Program-made: the position numbers and the translations under genes | The notes under the pieces: model-generated | What the model was told of the DNA's origin: nothing | The model's database searches: none | What the model saw: only the letters and a program-made list of their open reading frames with translations | Assembly: GCA_041649555.1 (NCBI GenBank) | Contig: JBAZMS010000002.1 | Location: 67,898 to 131,897, forward strand | Reading direction: 5' to 3' | Length of the DNA: 64,000 bases | Origin: Candidatus Micrarchaeia archaeon | GTDB lineage: Archaea; Micrarchaeota; Micrarchaeia; Anstonellales; Bilamarchaeaceae | In this document: positions 1-7,901 of the stretch, piece after piece | Layout: each line of letters opens with the position of its first letter | Position numbering within the stretch: position 1 is the first letter of the stretch

Positions 1-3
1 CAA

Positions 4-339
4 TCACTTAAAAGACATAATAAAATTTAGTTTTTCTCCCCCTTCTCCGCTTATCCTGTTATCAGAATTCTCAAAAACATGGGCGCAGATTGAAAGAAAG
101 TTTTGATCGCATCTTCGTATATCCTTATTATTCTTAAATTGCTCTGGAACCTGAATCTCCACATAATCAAATTTTGTATTTTTTGTTTCCTTTTTTATCT
201 CAACCAGTTTATTATAGATCTTTTTTATGTATTTTGGTGAATCCGGAATTTCTCCGTTTTCAAGTTTTGAATATAGCCACATATCAGATTTATCTGTTTC
301 AGACCACTCTTCTTTTGACAAACTAAATTCTATTTTCAT
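4..339 (-). CDS. hypothetical protein (111 aa)
   Basis: Intact ORF in a coding-dense context; no recognisable motif. Confidence 0.3.
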   Translation of the reverse strand: MKIEFSLSKEEWSETDKSDMWLYSKLENGEIPDSPKYIKKIYNKLVEIKKETKNTKFDYVEIQVPEQFKNNKDIRRCDQNFLSICAHVFENSDNRISGEGGEKLNFIMSFK

Positions 340-489
340 TTAATCCCTCCTTTTATTTTCTTTAAAGAAAAGTACAATTGTTCTTTTTCTTATAATCTAT
401 ATATACTAGTGGATGATTGTTTTTATATAACAGGCGGTTTGGCAATAATGCGGTAATTTCTTCATTTTTCCTTTCAAGATTATCCATAA

Positions 490-786
490 CTACCAGTTAT
501 TTTCAATTTCTTTTAACTTTTTTTTGCAGTTTGGGCAAAATATGTCTATTCCGGAACCCAAGGAGGTTTCCAAAACCCTGATTCCAAAGAATTTACTGAA
601 TTTGCAGTTTTTACACTTCTTTGGAAATACTTTTATAATCTCTTTTTTATCTTCTTTGCTTAAAACCATGTTCATGTATTTTGGCCTGTTTTGTTTTATT
701 TTTCCTTCAAGTGATTCTATATTTTCGTATAATATGATTTCTCCATACTCAGTTATTGCCTCTCCTTTCACTTTCCAATCTTCCAT
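490..786 (-). CDS. hypothetical Cys-rich (CxxC...CPNC) zinc-finger-like protein
   Basis: 98-aa ORF with the Cys pairs CKNCK and CPNCKKK near the C-terminus; otherwise unassigned. Confidence 0.3.
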   Translation of the reverse strand: MEDWKVKGEAITEYGEIILYENIESLEGKIKQNRPKYMNMVLSKEDKKEIIKVFPKKCKNCKFSKFFGIRVLETSLGSGIDIFCPNCKKKLKEIENNW

Positions 787-1467
787 TCAGACCACCTTTA
801 ATAAATCTTCAAATTTTTCAATTTCATAATCTGCCTTAAAATCTGATGACCTGTCCCATAATCCGTATTTTGCAAGACAGGTTTTCATTCCTAAAGCATT
901 AGCCCCCTTAATATCTCTTCCGGGGTTATCTCCAACAAATAAGACTTCATTTGGCTCTAATTTTAATTCTTCCAATGCTTTTTTGAATGGAAAATTAGAT
1001 GGTTTATGCTCATTAGTATCATCAAAGGTTACAATCACATCAAATAAATCATCTAAACCTGATAAGACTAATCTCATCCATGCCTTATTTCTTGGAGCAT
1101 CACTTACAACTCCTAGCTTATAATTTTCTTTTAATTTTCTTAAAGTTTCAATTACTTCCGGGTATGGTTTTAGGATTTCAAATTTTCTTTTTAAATATGC
1201 AACAATTGCTGCCTGCTGTATTCTTTCTGCCTTATTTATTTCTAAATTATACTGTTTTATTACCTGATAGAATGTCTTATTATATTCCACTCCATATAAA
1301 TCATAGGTTTCGAATATTTTTTTGTAAATATTTTCTTCTGTATCATTTAGGCCGTATTTTCTCATTTCCTTTGCTGCTGTCTTTGCTGTTTCTCTTTTAA
1401 AGGTTAGAAAGTCTAAAAGAGTATTATCCAAATCAAAAAGAATTGCCTTAAATTTCATTTTTTTCAC
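787..1467 (-). CDS. HAD-superfamily hydrolase (phosphatase-like)
   Basis: N-terminal DxDxT motif 'ILFDLDNTLLDF' and a C-terminal 'VGDNPGRDIKGANALGM' motif IV-like region typical of HAD phosphatases. Confidence 0.65.
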   Translation of the reverse strand: MKKMKFKAILFDLDNTLLDFLTFKRETAKTAAKEMRKYGLNDTEENIYKKIFETYDLYGVEYNKTFYQVIKQYNLEINKAERIQQAAIVAYLKRKFEILKPYPEVIETLRKLKENYKLGVVSDAPRNKAWMRLVLSGLDDLFDVIVTFDDTNEHKPSNFPFKKALEELKLEPNEVLFVGDNPGRDIKGANALGMKTCLAKYGLWDRSSDFKADYEIEKFEDLLKVV

Positions 1468-1829
1468 TTATTTTTTTTATTTGTACTGACATATTCATTA
1501 ATGAATTCTTCGATTGCCTGTACTCTTTCGTCTTTTTCCTGTTTTACTATTTGTTTCTTTTCTGTCTTATATTTTTTCTTATCTTCAAGATATACTGCAT
1601 ATCCTTTTGGGTCAAGCTCTTTTAGCATTTGAAGATATTCTTTTTCATATTCACTTTTTAAGGAGTGCAATCTCATTGAATGTGCAAATCCTGTTATTTT
1701 TTCCTCATTTACTATTAGTTTTTCCAAAGTTAATAAATCCATCAAGTATTCCGCATTTTTTTTATTTGCTTTTTTTAACTTTTCTTTAAGAAATTCACTT
1801 CTTGGTTGGTATTCTTTCATTATGTTCAC
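1464..1829 (-). CDS. hypothetical K/E-rich coiled-coil protein
   Basis: 121-aa ORF with charged/helical composition; no motif recognised. Confidence 0.3.
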   Translation of the reverse strand: MNIMKEYQPRSEFLKEKLKKANKKNAEYLMDLLTLEKLIVNEEKITGFAHSMRLHSLKSEYEKEYLQMLKELDPKGYAVYLEDKKKYKTEKKQIVKQEKDERVQAIEEFINEYVSTNKKNK

Positions 1830-1941
1830 CTTTTGTATAGCTTTTAATTATACAATACTATTTATAAACTTAACATTTCTTATACTATTTATGGTTACTC
1901 TAATCTCAACTTTCTATTCGTTTGAGCCATTCTTACCTGCA

Positions 1942-2469
1942 ATGCATAAATACTCAGCAAATAAGGTAATTCTAATGATAGATAAAGAGCCAAAAGAAAT
2001 AGTTACAAAAGCAATAGAAAAGGTAAAAGATACCTTTGGAACTGTTGCAAAAATAGAAATAGTAAAAGTTAATGGAACAGATTTATATGAAATAGCAAAA
2101 ACAACAGTAGATTTACTTGAAAAAGAGAAAGAAGTAATAGTTAATGTTTCAGGGGGATGGAAATTACTAGCTCAGGGCGTATTATACGGATGTTATGCCC
2201 GAGCTGATTTAGTTTCTAAAATAGTGTGTAATAAAATTGAGGATAATTCCATTGTAGAACTTCCCAAATTAACCTATAATTTAAGTGAGCCTAAAAGAAT
2301 ATTACTTGAAGAAATCTCCAATAGAAATGGTCGAAGTATTTCAGATATTGCAGATAAACTTTCCAAAACCCGTGGAATGCTATATCAACATTTAAAGGAA
2401 TTAAAAGATAGTGGATATGTAGATGAGAAATTTGAGATAACTGATGCTGGGAGGATGGCGTTACTATGA
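1942..2469 (+). CDS. CARF-domain (Csa3-like) + C-terminal winged-HTH regulator
   Basis: N-terminal Rossmann-like part contains 'NVSGGWK', which fits the CARF signature [DN]x[ST]xxx[RK]. The C-terminus 'ISDIADKLSKTRGMLYQHLKELKDSGYV' is a typical wHTH. The ORF track starts at 1822, but that N-terminal extension is a hydrophobic, low-complexity read-through of the promoter region; ATG 1942 (MHKYSANKVILMID) is the likely start. Confidence 0.45.
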   Translation: MHKYSANKVILMIDKEPKEIVTKAIEKVKDTFGTVAKIEIVKVNGTDLYEIAKTTVDLLEKEKEVIVNVSGGWKLLAQGVLYGCYARADLVSKIVCNKIEDNSIVELPKLTYNLSEPKRILLEEISNRNGRSISDIADKLSKTRGMLYQHLKELKDSGYVDEKFEITDAGRMALL

Positions 2470-2716
2470 GTTTATCTCGTATTTTCAAAGATGTATCATC
2501 ATGTTTATATAAAAATATAGTAAAACATACTAACATAATAGTACAAAAACATACTAAAACATGCTATTATGTTAGTACAAAAGTATGCTATGATATGTTA
2601 TTATAATGTAAGATCTTTATTTTAGGTCGGAGTACACCTCCCTGGTTTCCTTTATAAATATAATATCACTTATTCTATTGAGAAAGTGATAAAAAGCTTG
2701 TTGAAGAGGCATTATT
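2470..2716. promoter_or_regulatory. intergenic control region with a 13-bp-arm inverted repeat upstream of the R-M operon
   Basis: 'ACTAACATAATAG' ... ~22 nt ... 'CTATTATGTTAGT' are perfect reverse complements; repeated 'AAACATACTAA' half-sites; 'TTTATAAATATAAT' TATA-like element ~60 nt upstream of ATG 2717. Confidence 0.35.
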
Positions 2717-3577
2717 ATGAAAAAAGATCGCAACGATCCAAAACCCTTTGTTAAATGGGCAGGTGGAAAAAGACAATTAATAGATACCCTGTTTAACAAT
2801 ATTCCAGAGTCTTTTAACAATTATCATGAATCCTTTTTGGGTGGCGGAGCATTATATTTTAAACTATGGTCTGAAGGTCTTATAAAAAAAGCATTTCTTA
2901 ATGATTTTAATCACGATTTGATTAATGTTTATCAAATAATCAAAAGCAGGCCTAAAGAACTTATAGAGGAATTAAAATCTGGAAAATACAAAAATGAAAA
3001 AGATACTTTTTATAATATAAGAAAAAGTAAACCTCATGACTTGGTGGAAACAGCAGCAATTTTTATATATCTTAATAAAACCGCTTTTAATGGACTTTAC
3101 AGGGTAAATTCTAAAGGAGAATTTAATGTTCCTTTTGGAAAATATTCCAACCCAAAAATATGTGATGAGGAAAATATAATGATCGTTTCAGAATCTCTTA
3201 AAAGAGCTGCATTATCTTATGGCGACTTTTCACAAGTATTAAAAAATGTTAAAAAAGGGGATTTTGTATATCTTGATCCTCCCTATCATCCAATATCAAA
3301 AACCTCAAATTTTACTAATTATACTAAATTAGAGTTTAAAGAGGAAGACCAAATAAGGCTTAACGATACCTATAATAGATTAGATAACTCGGGTGCATTT
3401 GTTATGCTTAGCAATAGTACAGCGCCGTTTATTGTAGATCTTTATTCTAATTATAATACTCTAAGAGTTGATGCCAGAAGGGCCATAAATTGCAAAGCAG
3501 ATAAAAGAGGTCTGGTATCTGAACTAGTAGCTTTAAATTATGAGGTAGAATCCCATGCGCCATTTAGAAATTTATAA
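2717..3577 (+). CDS. Dam-family N6-adenine DNA methyltransferase (DpnM/MboA-like, alpha class)
   Basis: Motifs 'FVKWAGGKRQL', 'ESFLGGGALYF' (FxGxG) and 'DPPY' in the Dam (D12 class) order. Confidence 0.8.
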   Translation: MKKDRNDPKPFVKWAGGKRQLIDTLFNNIPESFNNYHESFLGGGALYFKLWSEGLIKKAFLNDFNHDLINVYQIIKSRPKELIEELKSGKYKNEKDTFYNIRKSKPHDLVETAAIFIYLNKTAFNGLYRVNSKGEFNVPFGKYSNPKICDEENIMIVSESLKRAALSYGDFSQVLKNVKKGDFVYLDPPYHPISKTSNFTNYTKLEFKEEDQIRLNDTYNRLDNSGAFVMLSNSTAPFIVDLYSNYNTLRVDARRAINCKADKRGLVSELVALNYEVESHAPFRNL

Positions 3578-4475
3578 TAAAAAAGATCTCAATAATGAAG
3601 AAAAAGTGTTCGATTTTTTAATAAATACTTTAATTCCTTCTGTTACCTCTTGGGATTATTTTGTTAATTGGGATAAAGTAAATAAGAATTTAAATGGAAT
3701 AAAAGTTGAATTAAATCTTCTAAATTCTCTTTTGGATTCCCAAAATTTGGAAAATGATTTTATTTCTCTTGTAAAAAAATACCCAAATATAATAAAAGCT
3801 ATTCCAGTTTTGCTTGCAGTAAGAGAAAAGAATTTAAAAATTCTTAAAGATTATCAAGAGAAAGATTTAGCCTATTTAAGTTTTGACTTTAATAAAACCG
3901 CTGTAAGTGATTCTGAAGCCAAAAACTATTTCATTTTTCTTAAAGAAACTCAATTAACTGAACTTTTCAAAAATAAAAAAATTAAAAATTTTGTTGATTA
4001 TGTTTTTGGTGTGGAAGTTGGGCTTGATTCCAATGGAAGAAAAAACAGAGGAGGAAAATTAATGGAAAAGATAACCGAGGTATTTGTTAAGGATGCTATT
4101 TCCAATAATTTTGAATATTTAGCCCAAGCAACACCTAAAAAAATAAAATTAAAATGGGGTTTTGAAGTGAAGTTTGAGAAATCCCAAAGAAGTTTTGATT
4201 TTGCTATTTTTAATGTTGAAAATAAGAAATTATATCTTATTGAATCTAATTTTTACAATGGCGGTGGCTCAAAACTTAAATCAGTTTGTGGAGAATTCAA
4301 AACTTTGTTTAATGAATTAGGTAAACAGGGAATAGAGTTAATATGGATAACCGATGGAAAAGGCTGGCTTACTGCAAGAAATCCTTTAAGAGAAACCTTT
4401 GATAATAATCATTTTGTATTTAATTTAGAGCTTTTAAAATTAGGTGCATTAAAAGAGGTAATTACAGGAGTGTAA
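3555..4475 (+). CDS. Type II restriction endonuclease, DpnII/MboI family (GATC-type)
   Basis: Blocks 'GVEVGLDSNGRKNR', 'NFYNGGGSKL', 'WITDGKGW' and 'LRETFD' recalled as conserved in R.DpnII/R.MboI; overlaps the upstream MTase stop by 23 nt (operon). Confidence 0.7.
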   Translation: MRHLEIYNKKDLNNEEKVFDFLINTLIPSVTSWDYFVNWDKVNKNLNGIKVELNLLNSLLDSQNLENDFISLVKKYPNIIKAIPVLLAVREKNLKILKDYQEKDLAYLSFDFNKTAVSDSEAKNYFIFLKETQLTELFKNKKIKNFVDYVFGVEVGLDSNGRKNRGGKLMEKITEVFVKDAISNNFEYLAQATPKKIKLKWGFEVKFEKSQRSFDFAIFNVENKKLYLIESNFYNGGGSKLKSVCGEFKTLFNELGKQGIELIWITDGKGWLTARNPLRETFDNNHFVFNLELLKLGALKEVITGV

Positions 4476-4478
4476 TCT

Positions 4479-5210
4479 GTGAAAATTAAGCCTGAAAATT
4501 TTGAATTAGAAAATACTAGTGTTTGGTCTTTTCCTGATAGGGGGGACTGGGCAACACATAAAGGAGATTATAGGGGCAATTTTTCACCATACATTCCAAG
4601 AAATGTAATTCTAAGATATTCAAAAGAAAATGATTTAATTTTAGATCCAATGTGTGGAAGTGGCACAACTCTTGTTGAGGCAAAACTTTTGAATAGGAAT
4701 GGTATTGGTTTTGATATAAATTCAAATGCAATTGAGTTTACTAAAAGTAGATTAAAATTTGACTATCACACCAGGACAAAACAAAGTATATTTTTAGGAG
4801 ATGCTAGAAAATTGAATTTAAAGAATGAATCTATCGATCTTATTGTTTGCCATCCGCCCTATTTGGATATTATAAAGTATAATCCTGAAAATGAAAAAGA
4901 TATTTCAAATATTCATAATCTTGATCAGTTTTTGGGTGAAATTAATTTAATTTCAAAGGAATTCTATAGAGTCTTAAAACCAAATAAATACTGCGCTATT
5001 CTTATTGGAGATACAAGAAGAAAAGGAATGTATATTCCACTTTCTTCTAAGGTTATGGATGTTTTTTTAAGGGCTGGATTTAAGTTAAAAGAGGATATCG
5101 TTAAAATTCAATGGAACTGCAAAACAACTCCTTACTGGAAGAGTTTATCTAGTAAATATAATTTTTTACTAATAATGCATGAGCATTTGTTTATCTTTAA
5201 GAAAAGTTAA
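4479..5210 (+). CDS. second DNA methyltransferase of the R-M system (N6-A/N4-C type; 'DPMCGSGTT' precedes 'CHPPY')
   Basis: AdoMet motif I 'LDPMCGSGTTLVEA' at residue ~56 and catalytic 'SIDLIVCHPPY' at ~125; GTG start at 4479 preceded by an 'AGGAG' Shine-Dalgarno ~10 nt upstream. Confidence 0.65.
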   Translation: MKIKPENFELENTSVWSFPDRGDWATHKGDYRGNFSPYIPRNVILRYSKENDLILDPMCGSGTTLVEAKLLNRNGIGFDINSNAIEFTKSRLKFDYHTRTKQSIFLGDARKLNLKNESIDLIVCHPPYLDIIKYNPENEKDISNIHNLDQFLGEINLISKEFYRVLKPNKYCAILIGDTRRKGMYIPLSSKVMDVFLRAGFKLKEDIVKIQWNCKTTPYWKSLSSKYNFLLIMHEHLFIFKKS

Positions 5211-5222
5211 TTGTTTTTCTGT

Positions 5223-6098
5223 TTAATCACTCAGTTTTTTTAACCATTTTATGAGTTTATCTAATTTTTCTGAATTTTTTCTATATTCTGAGATATACTT
5301 CATTATTTCATACATTGAGGTAATTATGATATTTTTTCCACTACGAAATTTTTTTATGTCTATTGCAGTCATTATATTATTTAACATAGTTTTAATCTCG
5401 TCATTTTCGTTTAATCTAATTGCTAATTCGTTTAATTCATATAATTCACCAATATTTTTTGAGTTTATACTCTCTTTAATGCTTTGTTTAACTATAGAAT
5501 CATCCATAAAATCTTTTTTTGAGTTATCATTAAGTTCATTTCCCCAAATATACTGATATCTTTTACAAAATAATTCCCAAAATTTTGCACTATTTTTAAT
5601 CGAATTTATACTCATTCTTTTCTTCATAATTTCTTTTAAAACTTCGACATCTGCATCATTAAATTTTATCTGTTTTGTATGAGCGCCAATACGTAATGGA
5701 ACTAATCCATCATATTTAATAAATTCAAATGGGTCATTTGATTTTTTAACTTCTAATATAAAATAATCATCTTTATCAATTGAATATTTTTCATGAGATT
5801 CTATGTTACTATCTAACTTTTCTAATTTATTTTTTTTGTATTTTTCAATTGACGCCCATTTTCGTTCCTTTATCCATTCGTTAGTTTTATTTTTATCACC
5901 ACTTTTTATTATGAAATATCCACCGAGACTGTTGTAAAAAGATATAATCCCTTTAAAAAAATCTTCATTATCTGGTAGTCCATTTTCACATTCTTTAAGC
6001 TCATAAAATTGATTTTCTTCTTCCCCTTTTATACCTCCTTCATTTATTTTTGTTTTTATTTCTTCTAAACTAGGTTTAATATCTATTAAATTTATCAT
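5223..6098 (-). CDS. AlbA_2 / Schlafen-like divergent-AAA domain protein
   Basis: N-terminus 'EENQFYELKE...FFKGIISFYNSLGGYFIIKSGD' matches the AlbA_2 pattern (E..E.K ... AFANxxGGyliiGv.D); the C-terminal ~200 aa are unassigned. Confidence 0.45.
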   Translation of the reverse strand: MINLIDIKPSLEEIKTKINEGGIKGEEENQFYELKECENGLPDNEDFFKGIISFYNSLGGYFIIKSGDKNKTNEWIKERKWASIEKYKKNKLEKLDSNIESHEKYSIDKDDYFILEVKKSNDPFEFIKYDGLVPLRIGAHTKQIKFNDADVEVLKEIMKKRMSINSIKNSAKFWELFCKRYQYIWGNELNDNSKKDFMDDSIVKQSIKESINSKNIGELYELNELAIRLNENDEIKTMLNNIMTAIDIKKFRSGKNIIITSMYEIMKYISEYRKNSEKLDKLIKWLKKLSD

Positions 6099-6257
6099 AT
6101 ATACACTTATTTAGATAAAGTTTTAGAATTTTTTGATTTTTATTTTCTTTTGATGTTCCTCTAAATCTTCTTTCTAAAAGAAAACTCCTCAAACAATCCC
6201 TTACTATCATTTAGCCTAAGACTAGCCCCAGTATAAAATTAAACAGAAAATAAAATC

Positions 6258-6818
6258 CTATCCTTTGCAAACCCGAACAAAGTTTTCCAAAACCTTTTTT
6301 CCTATTTCAAAAGAAACCTCTGGATGAAATTGAACACCATAAATATCCTTTTCCTTATGCTTCATTGCCTCATTATTACAGCTTTTTGATTTTGCAAGTA
6401 AAATAAAATCCAAAGGTAAATCAATATACTCGCTATGCTCTTCTCTAAAAAGGGATTTATCTAAAATCCCTTCAAATATTTGATCCTTTTCTATAATTTC
6501 AATTGTTTCCATTTTATTAATATTATTTCCTAAATAAACCTTAGCCCCATACAACAAACCAATCAGTTGATGGCCAAGACAAATTCCTAGGATTGGAATT
6601 TTAACTTTTTTAACAAATTGGAAAAGCTCCAAATACTTCCCCAAATCACTCTTGGTTAAAAGGGTTGGCGCGCCAGAAATAATAATTCCAGAAAAAGAAC
6701 TAAAATCAAACCCTTTGATCTCATCTAACCCAATAACCCTGCTTAAACAATTAAAACTTTTTAAATGATTTTTAATATCCTCAAGATGATTTGTTCCGCA
6801 GTTAATAATTAATATCAT
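6258..6818 (-). CDS. guaA: GMP synthase [glutamine-hydrolysing] subunit A (class I glutamine amidotransferase)
   Basis: 186 aa; 'GICLGHQLIG' catalytic Cys, 'YGVQFHPEV' His/Glu of the triad; collinear with archaeal GuaAA. Confidence 0.7.
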   Translation of the reverse strand: MILIINCGTNHLEDIKNHLKSFNCLSRVIGLDEIKGFDFSSFSGIIISGAPTLLTKSDLGKYLELFQFVKKVKIPILGICLGHQLIGLLYGAKVYLGNNINKMETIEIIEKDQIFEGILDKSLFREEHSEYIDLPLDFILLAKSKSCNNEAMKHKEKDIYGVQFHPEVSFEIGKKVLENFVRVCKG

Positions 6819-6854
6819 ATATAAAAATTGTATTAATATAATAAAAAACTTTCT

Positions 6855-7901
6855 TTAAATCCCCCTAATAAACTCCCCAAACAACTCCCTGCTATCATTT
6901 GGCCCAGGACAGCTTTCAGGATGAAACTGAACAGAAAATATAGGTTTAGAAATATGCCTCATCCCTTCATTACTATTATCCAATAGATTATAATGAGTAA
7001 CTTCAAAACAAGAAGGAACCTTGGAAACAGCAAACCCGTGATTTTGCGTAGTGATTAGAACCTTTTTCCTAAAACAATCATAAACAGGATGATTACTTCC
7101 CCTATGCCCAAACTTCAATTTATAAGTAGAACCTCCAAATGCATGGGCAATACACTGATGTCCAAGACAAATTCCAAACATAGGCAAATCACAAAGTTCT
7201 CTAATAACCTTATGGACATTTTTCAAAAGAGCAGGATCCCCCGGGCCATTTGAAATTACAACTCCGGAAGGATTAAACTTTCTAATCTCCTCGCTTGTAA
7301 AATTATATGGAACAGAAATAACTTCAATTCCTCTTTTATTCAATTCACGGATTATTCCCATCTTTACCCCTAAATCAATCAATACGACCTTCTTATTTCC
7401 ACTTCCAAACCTTTCAACTTTTGAAGTGCCAACCTTTGATACAAAATCAGTCAAAGAATATTCAAATTTCAAATTTTTAATTATCTTTTCAATATCAGGT
7501 TTTTCATTCTCATATACTGCAAGGCAGGATGAAACTACCCCAAATTCTCTTATTTTTTTGGTAATTTCACGGGTATCCACTCCAAAAATTCCTCCAACCC
7601 CAAAATCTTCCAAATACTTATCAAGGCCAGAAGAAAAATCCAACTCCCTTACAACAAACCCTGATACCCAAACCTTGGAACTCTCGCAATTCTTTATATC
7701 CAACCCATAATTTCCAATCAAAGGATAGGTTAAAGTTAAAATCTGCCCAGCATAGCTTGGATCAGTTAACGCTTCCTGATAGCCCTGCATTGAAGTATTA
7801 AACACTAATTCTCCAGTTCTAAAGCCAATTGCCCCAAATCCAGCCCCAAAAAATACACTTCCATCTGATAATATGAGAACCGCATTTTTATTCATAATCA
7901 T
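6855..7901 (-). CDS. carA: carbamoyl-phosphate synthase small (glutaminase) subunit
   Basis: CarA N-domain 'QGYQEALTDPSYAGQILTLTYPLIGNYG' and GATase 'GICLGHQ'. Start moved from the ORF-track value (8033) to ATG 7901 (MIMNKNAVL), which sits 4 nt downstream of a GGAGGT Shine-Dalgarno; 14-nt overlap with the carB stop. Confidence 0.8.
   Translation of the reverse strand: MIMNKNAVLILSDGSVFFGAGFGAIGFRTGELVFNTSMQGYQEALTDPSYAGQILTLTYPLIGNYGLDIKNCESSKVWVSGFVVRELDFSSGLDKYLEDFGVGGIFGVDTREITKKIREFGVVSSCLAVYENEKPDIEKIIKNLKFEYSLTDFVSKVGTSKVERFGSGNKKVVLIDLGVKMGIIRELNKRGIEVISVPYNFTSEEIRKFNPSGVVISNGPGDPALLKNVHKVIRELCDLPMFGICLGHQCIAHAFGGSTYKLKFGHRGSNHPVYDCFRKKVLITTQNHGFAVSKVPSCFEVTHYNLLDNSNEGMRHISKPIFSVQFHPESCPGPNDSRELFGEFIRGI

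Noticed and set aside
524-829. Many plus/minus-strand ORFs of 60-170 aa in the ORF track lying antisense to, or inside, confidently assigned genes (e.g. 524-829, 1080-1400, 1514-1789, 7426-7710, 10043-10656, 26128-27283, 34735-34988, 59182-59780)
   Set aside because: Their translations are low-complexity, Phe/Leu/Ile/Ser-rich shadows of AT-rich coding DNA on the opposite strand, with no motifs and overlapping real genes. Treated as spurious.
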